25,040 nucleotides of DNA from an uncultured Comamonadaceae bacterium (GTDB lineage Bacteria > Bacteroidota > Bacteroidia > Flavobacteriales_D > Sanyastnellaceae), in the NCBI GenBank assembly GCA_964552305.1, contig CAZKGY010000001.1, positions 1 through 25,040 on the forward strand. Reading direction: 5' to 3'. The notes under the pieces were generated by a model that did no database searches, was not told the origin of the DNA, and saw only the letters and a program-made list of their open reading frames with translations. Position numbers and translations under genes: made by a program. Below are positions 8,091 through 17,595 of the stretch, piece after piece. Within the stretch, counting starts at the first letter, position 1. Each line of letters starts with the position of its first letter.

Positions 8091-9540
8091 CTTTGCTGTC
8101 TTGAATGGTGATGCCGTTGGCGGCGAGCACGTCCCGGATTTTGTCGGCCGTGCCCCAATCCTTGTTTTCCTTGGCCGTGGTCCTCATTTCCACAATCAAG
8201 TCAAGCAGCGCGCCTGTCTCTCCCTCGTGTTCTTCGGCGCCAGCGGTTTCGGCTTGGATGCCAAGCACGTCGCGGGTGAAGGTGTGGAAGGTTTGCGCGA
8301 GGGTGTCGATGTCCGTTTGGGTGAGCGTGACCAAACCCGCCGCCGCTCCGTTGATGGCTTTGACGCCTTCAAACAACGTGGCAATGAGAATGGGGGTGTT
8401 GAAGTCGTCGTTCATCGCCGCATGGCACTTGTCGGCAAAGGCCTGGGCATCGAAGCTGTTGTCGCCGGCCACGGGCTTCAAATCGCCCAGCGTCTCGATG
8501 GCTTTTTCCAGTTTGGCAAGTCCCTTCTCTGCAGCCTGCAGGGCGTCGTTGCTGAAGTCAAGTGTGCTGGCGTAGTGGCCCATGAGCATGAAAAAGCGAA
8601 CCGTCATGGGCGTGTACCCCTTGTCCAGAAGCTTGTGGTTGCCGGTGATGAGCTCATCAGGGGTGAAGCCGTTGCCTTCTGACTTCGCCATTTTGCGGCC
8701 GTTGACGGTCAACATGTTGCCGTGCATCCAGTAATTCACAGGGCATTCGCAGCCCGTGGCCCCCACGTTTTGGGCGATTTCGCATTCGTGGTGGGGGAAC
8801 TTGAGGTCCATGCCCCCGCCGTGGATGTCGAACCTTTCGCCAAGGTATTTGGTGCTCATGACGGAGCATTCCAGGTGCCACCCGGGAAAGCCTTGACCCC
8901 ATGGGGAGGGCCATTGCATCAGGTGGCTGGAGTCGGCGGCCTTCCACAGGGCGAAATCCAGGGGATCACGTTTCTCACTTTGGCCGTCGAGGTCGCGCGT
9001 GTTGTTCATCAACTCGTCAATCTTGCGACCCGACAGTTCCCCGTAAGGATGGTCTTCGCTGAACGTACGCACGCTGAAGTAGACGCTGCCGTTGACTTCG
9101 TACGCGTAGCCGTTGTCCATGATTTTTTTGATCGCCTCAATCTGTTCCACGATGTGGCCTGTGGCGGTGGGCTCGATGGAGGGACGCAGGATGTTGAACA
9201 CGTCCATGACGTCGTGAAAGTCGTTGGTGTAGCGCTGCACGACTTCCATGGGCTCGAGGTTTTCCAACCTGGCCTTCTTGCCGATTTTGTCTTCGCCGTC
9301 GTCCGTGTCTCCAGTCAAGTGACCGACGTCGGTGATGTTGCGCACGTACCTGACTTTGTAACCGAGGTGCTGCAGGTAGCGGTAGACGATGTCAAACGTG
9401 AGGAAGGTCCTGACGTTCCCAAGATGCACGTTGCTGTAGACCGTAGGTCCACACACGTAGAGCCCCACGAAAGGGGGGTTGATGGGTTCAAACTTTTCCT
9501 TTTTGCGGGTGAGGCTGTTGCTGATATGCAAGGCGTCCAT
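8065..9540 (-). CDS. cysS: Cysteine-tRNA ligase
   Basis: [12 protein letters not shown] (HIGH motif), [48 protein letters not shown] (KMSKS motif). ATG 9540 preferred over TTG 9579. Confidence 0.99.
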   Translation of the reverse strand: MDALHISNSLTRKKEKFEPINPPFVGLYVCGPTVYSNVHLGNVRTFLTFDIVYRYLQHLGYKVRYVRNITDVGHLTGDTDDGEDKIGKKARLENLEPMEVVQRYTNDFHDVMDVFNILRPSIEPTATGHIVEQIEAIKKIMDNGYAYEVNGSVYFSVRTFSEDHPYGELSGRKIDELMNNTRDLDGQSEKRDPLDFALWKAADSSHLMQWPSPWGQGFPGWHLECSVMSTKYLGERFDIHGGGMDLKFPHHECEIAQNVGATGCECPVNYWMHGNMLTVNGRKMAKSEGNGFTPDELITGNHKLLDKGYTPMTVRFFMLMGHYASTLDFSNDALQAAEKGLAKLEKAIETLGDLKPVAGDNSFDAQAFADKCHAAMNDDFNTPILIATLFEGVKAINGAAAGLVTLTQTDIDTLAQTFHTFTRDVLGIQAETAGAEEHEGETGALLDLIVEMRTTAKENKDWGTADKIRDVLAANGITIQDSKDGSSWTRG

Positions 9541-9563
9541 GGCTCTTCTTTCAAGTTCAGATT

Positions 9564-9603
9564 GCAAAGAAAAGCCCAAACCTCAGTCCCAATGAGGCGG
9601 CTT
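9564..9603 (-). terminator. Possible bulged terminator between ltd and cysS
   Basis: Minus strand AAGCCG-CCTCA-ttgggac-TGAGG-TTTG-GGCTT followed by TTCTTT. Imperfect stem. Confidence 0.4.
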
Positions 9604-9610
9604 GAAGGGT

Positions 9611-10564
9611 TTATGCACCGGTGGTTGGTTGCCGAATGCCGTCCATCATGTGGTCGACCAAGCCTTCCAAGTCGTGTTTCACGCGCCAACCCCAGTCGTT
9701 GCGAGCCTCGCGGTCGTCGATGCTGTCGGGCCAATTGGCCGCGATGGCTTGACGGTGGTCTGGTGCGTACGTCATGGCCAGCGGAAGCCCTTTTTGTTTC
9801 AAGGCTTCGGCCAGTTCTGCCGGGCAGAAATCGCACCCGTGAAGGTTGTACGACGTCCTGATTTTGATGGATTCGGATGGCGCCTCCATGAGCTCCAAGG
9901 TGCCGCGCACGGCGTCTTCCATGGACATCATCGGTAGCCGTTCTTGGGCATCCAGGTAGCACGTCAACCCTTCGTTTTGGGCTGCGCAATGGAACGCCTC
10001 CACTGCGTAATCCGTCGTGCCACCTCCCGGTTGGGAGCGAAACCCGATGAGCCCAGGGTACCGCAAGCTTCGCACATCCACGCCGTATTGCTCGTGGTAA
10101 TACTTGCACCACAACTCGCCTGCCACCTTGCTGACGCCATACACCGTGGTCGGATTCAAGGCGGTGGTTTGGGGCGTCATGTGTTTGGGTGCATCAGGGC
10201 CAAACACGGCAATGCTGCTTGGCCAAAACAAACGTTGAATCTGTCCTCCTTTGGCCAACTCCAGCGCGTGCAGCAGGGGTTGCATGTTGAGCCTCCAGGC
10301 CTCCATAGGGGCCGCCTCGCCCTTGGCGGACAGCATGGCCACAAGCATGTACATGGTTGTGGCGTCGTGTCGTTCCACCACGTGCTTCAGGGCATCGCCG
10401 TCGGTGGCATCCACTTGCACGAATTCGCTCTTTGCCGCGCTTGGGTGTGGGATGGGTCGGATGTCCGCGAGCACAACTTGCTCCGGCCCCACCTTGTCTT
10501 GCAAGGCGAGCATGAGCTCGATGCCAAGCTGGCCCGCTGCACCAACGATCAGATGCTTTCCCAT
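9611..10564 (-). CDS. ltd: SDR/epimerase-type L-threonine 3-dehydrogenase
   Basis: GAAGQLG Rossmann motif, MLSAKGE, PSSIAVFG, YGVSK (YxxxK), RYPG and GGGTTDY are characteristic of the Flavobacterium-type L-ThrDH subfamily. Confidence 0.85.
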   Translation of the reverse strand: MGKHLIVGAAGQLGIELMLALQDKVGPEQVVLADIRPIPHPSAAKSEFVQVDATDGDALKHVVERHDATTMYMLVAMLSAKGEAAPMEAWRLNMQPLLHALELAKGGQIQRLFWPSSIAVFGPDAPKHMTPQTTALNPTTVYGVSKVAGELWCKYYHEQYGVDVRSLRYPGLIGFRSQPGGGTTDYAVEAFHCAAQNEGLTCYLDAQERLPMMSMEDAVRGTLELMEAPSESIKIRTSYNLHGCDFCPAELAEALKQKGLPLAMTYAPDHRQAIAANWPDSIDDREARNDWGWRVKHDLEGLVDHMMDGIRQPTTGA

Positions 10565-10569
10565 GAAAA

Positions 10570-10594
10570 CGAAGGTAGTGTCGAGGTACCTTTG
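10570..10594. promoter_or_regulatory. Back-to-back divergent -7 boxes for ltd (TACCTTCG, minus, 10577-10570) and queA (TACCTTTG, plus, 10587-10594)
   Basis: Near-perfect inverted pair with a 9-bp spacer, filling the 34-bp intergenic gap. Confidence 0.65.
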
Positions 10595-10598
10595 GTTG

Positions 10599-11801
10599 GT
10601 GAACTCTCGTGAATTTCATTATGACCTGCCTGAGTCGGCCATCGCGAAGCATCCGCTTGCTGTGCGGCGTCACGCCAGGTTGTTGGTTCGCGACACTGAA
10701 GGCGGACTGACACACAGCACCTTTGAAGCGCTTCCGGATTGGTTGGACGGGGTGGATGGCTTGTGGGCCAACGACACCAAGGTCCTCCACGCGAGACTCC
10801 TAGCCACCAAGCCGACAGGGGGGCAACTCGAGGTGTTCTTGCTTGCCCCTGCGGGGTTGCTGCATGAGGAGGCCTTGGCCGCCACCGCGCCAGTGCGCTG
10901 GCAGGCCATGATTCGCAATGTGAAGCGATGGAGCCAAGGCGTGGCGTCCGTGGAAGGCAGGGCGTGCACGCTGACCATTGAGTACGCGGGACAGGGGGAG
11001 GACGGGGCTCACGAGGTCCTCCTTTCTTGGGTTTCCGACGGCACGAGGACGTTTGGCGAAGTCCTCGAGGATTTGGGGCGGACCCCACTGCCACCCTACA
11101 TGCGACGGGCGGACACCTTGAAGGACCAAGAAGACTACCAAACGGTGTTTGCCATGACGCCTGGAAGCGTGGCCGCGCCGACGGCGGGATTGCATTACGA
11201 CGACGTGTTGCTTTCGGCGCTCGAGGAGCGGGGTACCCCGTTGAATCGACTGACCCTGCACGTGGGGGCGGGGACCTTCAAGCCCCTTGGAGAAGGAAGC
11301 ATTGCTTCGCATGCCATGCACGCCGAGCGTTGCCTTTTCGACCGAGAAATCCTCCGCACCATGGCCAACCAACGCAAACGGGTGGCAACGGGAACCACCA
11401 CGCTGCGGGCCATGGAGAGCTTGTATTGGATGACTGCTTGGCACAAGGCCTACGGAGAATGGCCGGCGGTGCTGCCCCAGTGGACGCCCTACGAAGGAGA
11501 GGCATCCACCCTTGAGTCGTGGAGCGATTTGGATGCCTTGAATCATGCCCTTGAGCATGCACCATGGGTGGATGACTCATGGGGCTTTGAGACGCAGCTG
11601 ATGATCAAACCTGGATACGCCATCCGCATGGTGGATGGCCTTGTCACGAACTTCCACCAACCAGGAAGCACGTTGCTCTGCTTGGTGGCTGCCGCCACAG
11701 GGATGGCGGCTTGGAAATCCATGTACGCCGAGGCGCTTTCAGAAGGGTATCGCTTCTTGAGTTACGGCGACGGCTGTCTGCTTTGGTGCAACAAGGCATG
11801 A
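10599..11801 (+). CDS. queA: S-adenosylmethionine:tRNA ribosyltransferase-isomerase
   Basis: FHYDLPE, NDTKV, PLPPYM, YQTVFA, GSVAAPTAGLHY, LHVGAGTF, GTTTLRAMES, TNFHQPGSTLL, YRFLSYGD. GTG 10599 chosen because the ORF-track extension to 10251 is antisense to ltd. Confidence 0.97.
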   Translation: MNSREFHYDLPESAIAKHPLAVRRHARLLVRDTEGGLTHSTFEALPDWLDGVDGLWANDTKVLHARLLATKPTGGQLEVFLLAPAGLLHEEALAATAPVRWQAMIRNVKRWSQGVASVEGRACTLTIEYAGQGEDGAHEVLLSWVSDGTRTFGEVLEDLGRTPLPPYMRRADTLKDQEDYQTVFAMTPGSVAAPTAGLHYDDVLLSALEERGTPLNRLTLHVGAGTFKPLGEGSIASHAMHAERCLFDREILRTMANQRKRVATGTTTLRAMESLYWMTAWHKAYGEWPAVLPQWTPYEGEASTLESWSDLDALNHALEHAPWVDDSWGFETQLMIKPGYAIRMVDGLVTNFHQPGSTLLCLVAAATGMAAWKSMYAEALSEGYRFLSYGDGCLLWCNKA

Positions 11802-11837
11802 ACAAAAAAACCCGCCACTGGGGCGGGGTTTTTTGTT
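11801..11837. terminator. Bidirectional rho-independent terminator between queA and ppiD
   Basis: AACAAAAAAACCCGCC-actgg-GGCGGGGTTTTTTGTT: GC stem with an A tract before and a T tract after, between convergent genes. Confidence 0.9.
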
Positions 11838-11854
11838 CTTAGAGCGTCGAAGAA

Positions 11855-13915
11855 TCAGTTCTGACGACGGTTGTCATCCACGCCGGCAGCCTTTTGCATC
11901 GTGCTGAGGAGCGTGAAGGGGAAGTTCGCACGGGCGCGAGAGGCCAGCGTGCTTTGCTCTTCCAAGTAACTGTCTTTGCTGCTCGCCTCTGACACCTTCT
12001 GGGGGGCGATGACCCACACCCCTTCCTTGCCCACAATGGGGGAAGAGAGGTTGCCGACAGGGATGGCCAACGCTGCGCCAGCCACCTTGGGTTCGGCACC
12101 CGCGCCACTTCCACGAAGCGTGGGAAACTTCACGCTCAGGTCGCGTGCGGTTTTCACGGTTTCGCCCACGGCCGCAGCGATGTCGTCCAAGTTGGCGCCA
12201 TTCATGCGTTCTGCGTAGAGCTTGCCTTTGGCTTCGTTCATGGCTCCAGTGGTCATTTCTTCCTTGACGTCCTCAAGCTTGGGTACACCATCTTCTTTGG
12301 CGGCGTCCAGGTGGGCGACCACGTAGAAATCGGCCGTCAGGATGGGGTTGGAAATCTCGCCAACCTCGCTGCGGTATGCCCAGCCCACAATTTCGCTGCC
12401 GTCGCGCATCCCCGCGATGGAGCGCGCGTTCACCGCGATGTCTTTGGCTTCGGTGGTGCTGTACCCCGCCTCCTCAGCGGCAGCAATCAAGGCGTCCTTG
12501 TCGCTGGCGTTGATGGCAAATTCGCTTGCTTGGGCATAGGCATCGCGGGCCGTTTCATTCGAAGCTGCGACGGCCCTTGTGATGTACGCCACCCGGGCCT
12601 CTTCCACTTCGTCACGACGATCGAGCACTTCGATGAGGTGCACCCCGTAGGTCGTTTCCACCCAGCCGAGGGATCCCACTGGCTTGTCGAAGCAGAAATC
12701 TTCAAACGGCTTCACCATGCGTCCCTTGGGGAAGAAGTCGTACACCCCGCCTGTGGCTTTGGATCCTGGGTCGCCTGAGAAGCGCTGCACCAAGTCGTCG
12801 AAGTCACCTCCGTTGCGCAACACCTGCTTCAAGCTGTCCGCACGGGCACCGAGCTCGGCCATTTCTGCTTCGTCGGTGGCGTCTTTTGCCGTCAACAAGA
12901 TGTGGCGACATTTGGCCGCCTCGTCAGGCACCATGGAACGATCGAGCACCCGAGCCACGATCATTTGGCCAGACTTGGTGTAAGGCCCCACCACGTCACC
13001 CACTGCGCCTTCGAAGAACGCAGATTCGTTGATGTCGGCTTCGACTTGTGCCAAACGGAGGTTCCTCACGTCTGCACGTCCGTCATTCGCTGCCGTCGCG
13101 AAGGCTTCGGCGTCGTCTGCCTCGCCCCATTCCTCAGCCAAGGCTTCAAGCTCCACTTCCATGGCCTTGATGTCCGACTCGCTGGCACCAACGGGAATCT
13201 TGACGTACGTCAAGTCACGGCCTTCCTTCTGCTGGAACTTCGGGTCGTTCTTGTGGGCGTTGTAGTAGGCCTTGATGTCGCCTTCCGAAACAGACACTTC
13301 GTCGTCTGCCACGTTCTTGTACAGCTTGGCCACGTATTTCACCTCGGCCTTGCGCTCGGCGTTGATGTGGTCGTACTTGCCTTCGAGGGAGTTGGTGTAC
13401 AGGGCATCCTCGAGGAGGGCGTCCATTTTTTCCTTCTTCCGCTTTTCGATGATGAGCTTCTTGTAGCTCAACAAGTTCACCTTGCCCTGGTCCGTGGTGA
13501 GCATGGCGCCAAAGTTCTGCTGCCAGAACGCCTTGTTTTCGCCATTGCTGTAGAAGGCACGAGACATGTAAGGGGAATCCAAGGTGCCGAAGAGCATTTC
13601 TTCGAATTCGGCATCCGTCACCTCCAAGCCCAAGGCGTCGTACGTGTCGTCCAAGACAATCCCAGCGGTGATGTCGCCCCATACTTCGTCTTGGAGTTGG
13701 TCTCCTGAGAAGCCCAACCGACGGCGCTCGTCGAGTTGCATGCGGTAGTCCAACGCGGAGATGCTCTCTCCACCGACGGAGCCCACGTCGCGGGCGTTGC
13801 CTTGTCCCATCAGGGCCAACACGGCGTCGTAGGGGATCAGGAATCCGACCATTCCGATGCCAATCATCACGAGCAACAAGCCTTGCCTGTTGCGAATTTG
13901 TTCAATCATTGCCAT
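11855..13915 (-). CDS. ppiD: PpiD/SurA-family membrane-anchored parvulin PPIase chaperone
   Basis: MAMIEQIRNR + N-terminal TM, SurA-like helical region, parvulin motifs CRHILL..SGDPGSKATGG..GRMVKPFEDFCF..VETTYGVHLI; 686 aa. Confidence 0.92.
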   Translation of the reverse strand: MAMIEQIRNRQGLLLVMIGIGMVGFLIPYDAVLALMGQGNARDVGSVGGESISALDYRMQLDERRRLGFSGDQLQDEVWGDITAGIVLDDTYDALGLEVTDAEFEEMLFGTLDSPYMSRAFYSNGENKAFWQQNFGAMLTTDQGKVNLLSYKKLIIEKRKKEKMDALLEDALYTNSLEGKYDHINAERKAEVKYVAKLYKNVADDEVSVSEGDIKAYYNAHKNDPKFQQKEGRDLTYVKIPVGASESDIKAMEVELEALAEEWGEADDAEAFATAANDGRADVRNLRLAQVEADINESAFFEGAVGDVVGPYTKSGQMIVARVLDRSMVPDEAAKCRHILLTAKDATDEAEMAELGARADSLKQVLRNGGDFDDLVQRFSGDPGSKATGGVYDFFPKGRMVKPFEDFCFDKPVGSLGWVETTYGVHLIEVLDRRDEVEEARVAYITRAVAASNETARDAYAQASEFAINASDKDALIAAAEEAGYSTTEAKDIAVNARSIAGMRDGSEIVGWAYRSEVGEISNPILTADFYVVAHLDAAKEDGVPKLEDVKEEMTTGAMNEAKGKLYAERMNGANLDDIAAAVGETVKTARDLSVKFPTLRGSGAGAEPKVAGAALAIPVGNLSSPIVGKEGVWVIAPQKVSEASSKDSYLEEQSTLASRARANFPFTLLSTMQKAAGVDDNRRQN

Positions 13916-13947
13916 AAGTCCTCTGGCTTAGTGTTTTTACAGGTTCG

Positions 13948-13955
13948 CGAAGATA
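13948..13955 (-). promoter_or_regulatory. Internal -7-like box TATCTTCG for ppiD
   Basis: In the 81-bp gap, 32 nt upstream of the ATG, followed by an A-rich initiation region. Confidence 0.5.
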
Positions 13956-13996
13956 ACGTTTCCGAGGCAAACAGCGAGCGTCCCCATAGGAGGGCT

Positions 13997-15280
13997 TCAG
14001 AGCACCGGCGAGACTTCCACCCACTCGATGCGGTTGTCAGCCACTTCTCGGACCACGAGACGAACGGTTTCCAGTTCCAAGACGGTTCCTGTGGCCGGGA
14101 TGTCGCCCAATTCGTCGAGCACCAGTCCTCCCAACGTGTCGTATGCATCGGACTCCGGAAGCCGCCAGTCGTGGCTGTCGTTCAATGCACGAATCTCCTT
14201 CCTTGCAGGGACCCGCCAAGCCCCGGAGTCGAGTTGTGTTTCGCTGAGGTCGTCCACTTGGTCGTGTTCGTCCTCGATTTCGCCGAGCAATTCCTCCACG
14301 ATGTCCTCCATGGTCAGGATGCCCGCGGTGCCGCCAAACTCATCCACCACCACGGCCAAATGGCGCCGTCGAGACAGGAATTGCTTCAGAAGAACGTCGC
14401 CAGCCATCGGCTCAGGCACGACGAATGTCGGATGCAGAATCTCGCGCAAACTTTCCGGCCTTCGAAACAGGTCTTTGGCATGCACGTAACCCACGATGTG
14501 GTCGATGTCCCCGTCGTAAACCACCAGCTTGGAGAAGCCCGTTTCAGCGAAGGTTTTCTGCAAATCGGCGAGACCAATGGACGCCTCCACGCCGACCACT
14601 TCGTTCCGGGGAACCATGCTTTCCCGCGCCTGGATGTCCGGCAAATCGAGGGCGTTTTGCAGGATTTGAAGCTCGTGCTCCAGTTCTTGTTCCGGTTCCA
14701 TTCGTCCACTGACGCCTTTGAGGAAGTGGTCCAGGTCGTGGGCACCGAGGTGGTCCACATCCACGTTGATTTGGCCTGAAACAAACGGCCTCAACAACGC
14801 CTTGCTCAACGTCATGATGATCCACGCAGGGATGGCAAGCACGGCGAAAAGCACGAGCAGGGGGTAAGCCAACGTGTGCAGCCATTTGTTCGGGGACGCG
14901 TGAAACAAGGATTTGGGAAGGAATTCCGCCAAAACAAGCACCACGGCAGTGGTGAGGAGGGTCTGGGTGGCGAGCACCAGCATGGGTTGAGGCGACGATT
15001 GCCATCCTGTCACGCCGAACAGTTGGTTGCTCAGGTATTCGCCAGACTCCATGCCACAAATGACCAGCGCCAGGTTGTTGCCAACGAGCATGGTGGCGAT
15101 GAACAACTGAGGGTGGTCCGACAAGAACGCAACGACCTTTCCCCGCAACGATTGTTGGGCATTCAGTTCCGTTTGCAACCGGCTGGAAGCCACAAACGCC
15201 ATCTCCATGCCCGAGAAGAAGGCAGAAGCGACCAATGAAAGGGCAACGATGACAAGGGGACTCGAGGGGTCGGGATCCAT
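13997..15280 (-). CDS. HlyC/CorC (CNNM-CBS-CorC_HlyC) family transporter, 'hemolysin family'
   Basis: SAFFSGMEMAFVAS, LVGNNL, AEFLPK, GFSKLVVY, VVVDEFGGTAGILTMEDIVEELLGEIEDEHD, YDTLGG. Confidence 0.95.
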   Translation of the reverse strand: MDPDPSSPLVIVALSLVASAFFSGMEMAFVASSRLQTELNAQQSLRGKVVAFLSDHPQLFIATMLVGNNLALVICGMESGEYLSNQLFGVTGWQSSPQPMLVLATQTLLTTAVVLVLAEFLPKSLFHASPNKWLHTLAYPLLVLFAVLAIPAWIIMTLSKALLRPFVSGQINVDVDHLGAHDLDHFLKGVSGRMEPEQELEHELQILQNALDLPDIQARESMVPRNEVVGVEASIGLADLQKTFAETGFSKLVVYDGDIDHIVGYVHAKDLFRRPESLREILHPTFVVPEPMAGDVLLKQFLSRRRHLAVVVDEFGGTAGILTMEDIVEELLGEIEDEHDQVDDLSETQLDSGAWRVPARKEIRALNDSHDWRLPESDAYDTLGGLVLDELGDIPATGTVLELETVRLVVREVADNRIEWVEVSPVL

Positions 15281-15316
15281 GGGGGCATTCAGGGCTTCAC
15301 CGAAAGATACGGGGAA

Positions 15317-15529
15317 TCACGGATTGGAGCGGGCTTCGAGTTTTTGGCGATACACCCGGCGGACGCCATACCACAGCCACGAGATGACGGGGAAGAGGGC
15401 CAAACTCCAACGTGGTTGGCCTTCGGATGCAAGCGTCCAGGCCACGTACGCCGTGGTGGCCACGGAAGCGACAAGCCAAAATTTTTCGGCGGCCTTGGCC
15501 GTCTTCAATTCGATGGGTTGCTCACTCAT
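15317..15529 (-). CDS. Small two-TM membrane protein (70 aa)
   Basis: The C-terminal part of ORF-track 15317..15799 from ATG 15529, which overlaps the lptC stop (ATGAGTGA). Two hydrophobic segments and a basic tail (VRRVYRQK). Confidence 0.75.
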   Translation of the reverse strand: MSEQPIELKTAKAAEKFWLVASVATTAYVAWTLASEGQPRWSLALFPVISWLWYGVRRVYRQKLEARSNP

Positions 15530-16145
15530 CTGGCGAGGGTTTCTGGTCGTCCAAAGACAGTTCAAACGAACCGGTGGGACGCAGGATTTGGTACGTTTCA
15601 AACTGGCTGTCTGCGCGCAGTCCCGTCCCACGAAGCACCCCTTGGTCGGTGAAAATTTCCACGGGCCGTTCGGTGCGGACGAGGTCGGAATCATGCAACC
15701 AGACCAGGTGCTCGGTGAGCAGCCGATCGCCCTCTTCGTTGACCAGGACGACGTCGTCCCATGCTTCGAGGTGGCCGTGTTGGTCGTCGTACGTACCACG
15801 CGTGGCGCTCAGCGTGGCGTGGTGGTTGCCTTGGGCTCCCCCAATGAACAGGGTGAAGCCTTCGCTGACGGTCCATTGCCCGTCGTTGCGGGGGCCTTCT
15901 TCCCACCGATCAAGCTTGCCGGCGACCAAGGCATTCACCACTTCTCCCCGTTCTGTGTATTCAAACGAGCCATCCACGATGGTCTGGACAGGCACGGTGC
16001 GAAGGGCGTGTTCTTGCTCAGCCGCCTTTTGGGCTTCGTCGCTCGCGAACGGCTGGCACGAAACCAGCACCGTGGCTGCGCCAAAGCAAGCCGCCCGCAA
16101 GCGCGGGCGGCATGTTGTCAACGGGCGAAAAGGCCCCCAAGCCAT
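15522..16145 (-). CDS. lptC: LPS export periplasmic protein LptC, probable lipoprotein
   Basis: Beta-jellyroll-type motifs (GFTLFI..LSATRG..LEAWDDVVLVNEEGDRLLTEHLVW..VRTERPVEI..GTGLRADSQFETYQI); VLVS-C lipobox. ATG 16145 is coupled to the upstream stop (TGATG). Confidence 0.88.
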   Translation of the reverse strand: MAWGPFRPLTTCRPRLRAACFGAATVLVSCQPFASDEAQKAAEQEHALRTVPVQTIVDGSFEYTERGEVVNALVAGKLDRWEEGPRNDGQWTVSEGFTLFIGGAQGNHHATLSATRGTYDDQHGHLEAWDDVVLVNEEGDRLLTEHLVWLHDSDLVRTERPVEIFTDQGVLRGTGLRADSQFETYQILRPTGSFELSLDDQKPSPDE

Positions 16146-17545
16146 CAGCGGATGCGGATGGTGGTCGTTTCTCCGGCACACGGACAACCGGGTGTGGCTG
16201 CCACTTGGTAAGAACTGCCTTCCGTTTTTCCGTAGGTGAAGATGTCCTCCACAGAGGGGAATTGCTTGGCCATGCTTGCCATCTTCTTGTCGGCACGCTC
16301 GGCGAGTTCGGCGTCCATGCGCTTGGCGCGGGCGTAGTAGTCAGACGCCACCCAAAACACGGAACGGCTTCCCAGTTGGCCATCGCCGCAGGCCTTGCTG
16401 CTTCCCGCAATGGCATCGCCGATGAGCATGTACGCCTCGCCGTTTTCGGGGTCCTGTTCCAACACCTTTCGGGCGTATTGCTTGGCGGTGCTGGCACGTC
16501 CCAGGGCACTGGCAATTTGTCCTGCCTTCAACATGTACGTCTGCAGCTCAGGGCAGCTGTCGCAGCGGTTGACCGCGTCCTCCATGTACTTGAAGCTGGA
16601 ATCCATCTGCGTGTTCTTGGCAAAGCCGATGCCGATGGCAAAGGCCGCTGGAGCAGAAGGCTCTGAGGCATACACCGCTGTGGCAACAGGGAGGAAGAGG
16701 TCGTTTTCGGTGCATTCCTTTTTGTTCAACAGGCGGAGGACTTTGGCTTTCAGTTCCATGTCCTCGGGCGCGGCGGCCACCGATTGTTCGAGCACGGGCA
16801 CCATGTCGGCGCAATCGGCGATTGCCAAGAACACCGTTTCAATGTTGCCTTTCGCCTTGTCCAAACGCTCCAAATCTTTGGCCTTGCCTGCTTCTTCTGC
16901 CTTGGTCACGGCCTGCGCGATGTAATCCCCAATGAGCAAGTAGTCGGTCAACATCTGAGCGCGCATGGTCTGCTGCGCGGTCGAGTCACCCTTCAGCGAG
17001 CGGGTCAGCGTGTAAAAGCTTGCCGTGTAGTACTGGTACATGGTGGTGGCAGACGAAGAGGCACCCAAGCATTCCAAGCTCTCTTTGAACATCTCGTAGG
17101 CTTCTTGGTGGCTGTCTGCGTTGTACTTGTAAAAGTCCGAGGCTTTCCGGCCGAGGATCTCGCAGCGGTTGTTGGGCTTGCGCTTGGTGCTTGGAAAAAG
17201 CTCCATGCGCTTGTCGTGCAAGTAAAGCAGGCTGTCCACCAGCGCGGCGTGCCTCGGGTCTTCGGCGTCCACGCTTTTCAAAACGTAGTTGATGAAGGAG
17301 GTGCCGTCGGCGTAAATGCCTTCGCTCGCCGTCTCAGGGCAAACCTCACAAGCCTTCCGCCACTGGGTGTAGGCCTCGGCGTAGTTCTTCTGCTTTTTGT
17401 ACGAGCGGTACACGCTCAATCCTTCTTTGCACAGCAGCTGCTGTTCAGGCGTGTCTCCGTATTTCTCGTCTTGCGCGTGGGATGCGTGTGACGCGAGTGC
17501 GCCGCAAGCGAACAGGAGGAATGCCTTGGTGATGAAATCCTTCAT
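16145..17545 (-). CDS. Exported TPR-repeat protein, Cys-rich
   Basis: Signal peptide (ASHA/Q; LFA-C could alternatively be a lipobox), helical repeats such as AKQYARKVLEQDPENGEAYMLIGDA, C-terminal FPSVEDIF..GETTTIR. Confidence 0.9.
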   Translation of the reverse strand: MKDFITKAFLLFACGALASHASHAQDEKYGDTPEQQLLCKEGLSVYRSYKKQKNYAEAYTQWRKACEVCPETASEGIYADGTSFINYVLKSVDAEDPRHAALVDSLLYLHDKRMELFPSTKRKPNNRCEILGRKASDFYKYNADSHQEAYEMFKESLECLGASSSATTMYQYYTASFYTLTRSLKGDSTAQQTMRAQMLTDYLLIGDYIAQAVTKAEEAGKAKDLERLDKAKGNIETVFLAIADCADMVPVLEQSVAAAPEDMELKAKVLRLLNKKECTENDLFLPVATAVYASEPSAPAAFAIGIGFAKNTQMDSSFKYMEDAVNRCDSCPELQTYMLKAGQIASALGRASTAKQYARKVLEQDPENGEAYMLIGDAIAGSSKACGDGQLGSRSVFWVASDYYARAKRMDAELAERADKKMASMAKQFPSVEDIFTYGKTEGSSYQVAATPGCPCAGETTTIRIR

Positions 17546-17595
17546 GGTTCAGGTCAAATAAGGGTTCAATGGTTCTTGTTCAGGGTAGAAAGGGC

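Noticed and set aside
10251-10598. Apparent N-terminal extension of QueA
   Set aside because: It is antisense to ltd and crosses the promoter pair; QueA homology starts at about 10599.
17546-17595. Repeated (T)GAAC(C) words upstream of the TPR gene, also before hup and pheT
   Set aside because: Irregular spacing; explained by the A/C-rich unstructured initiation regions typical of Bacteroidota.
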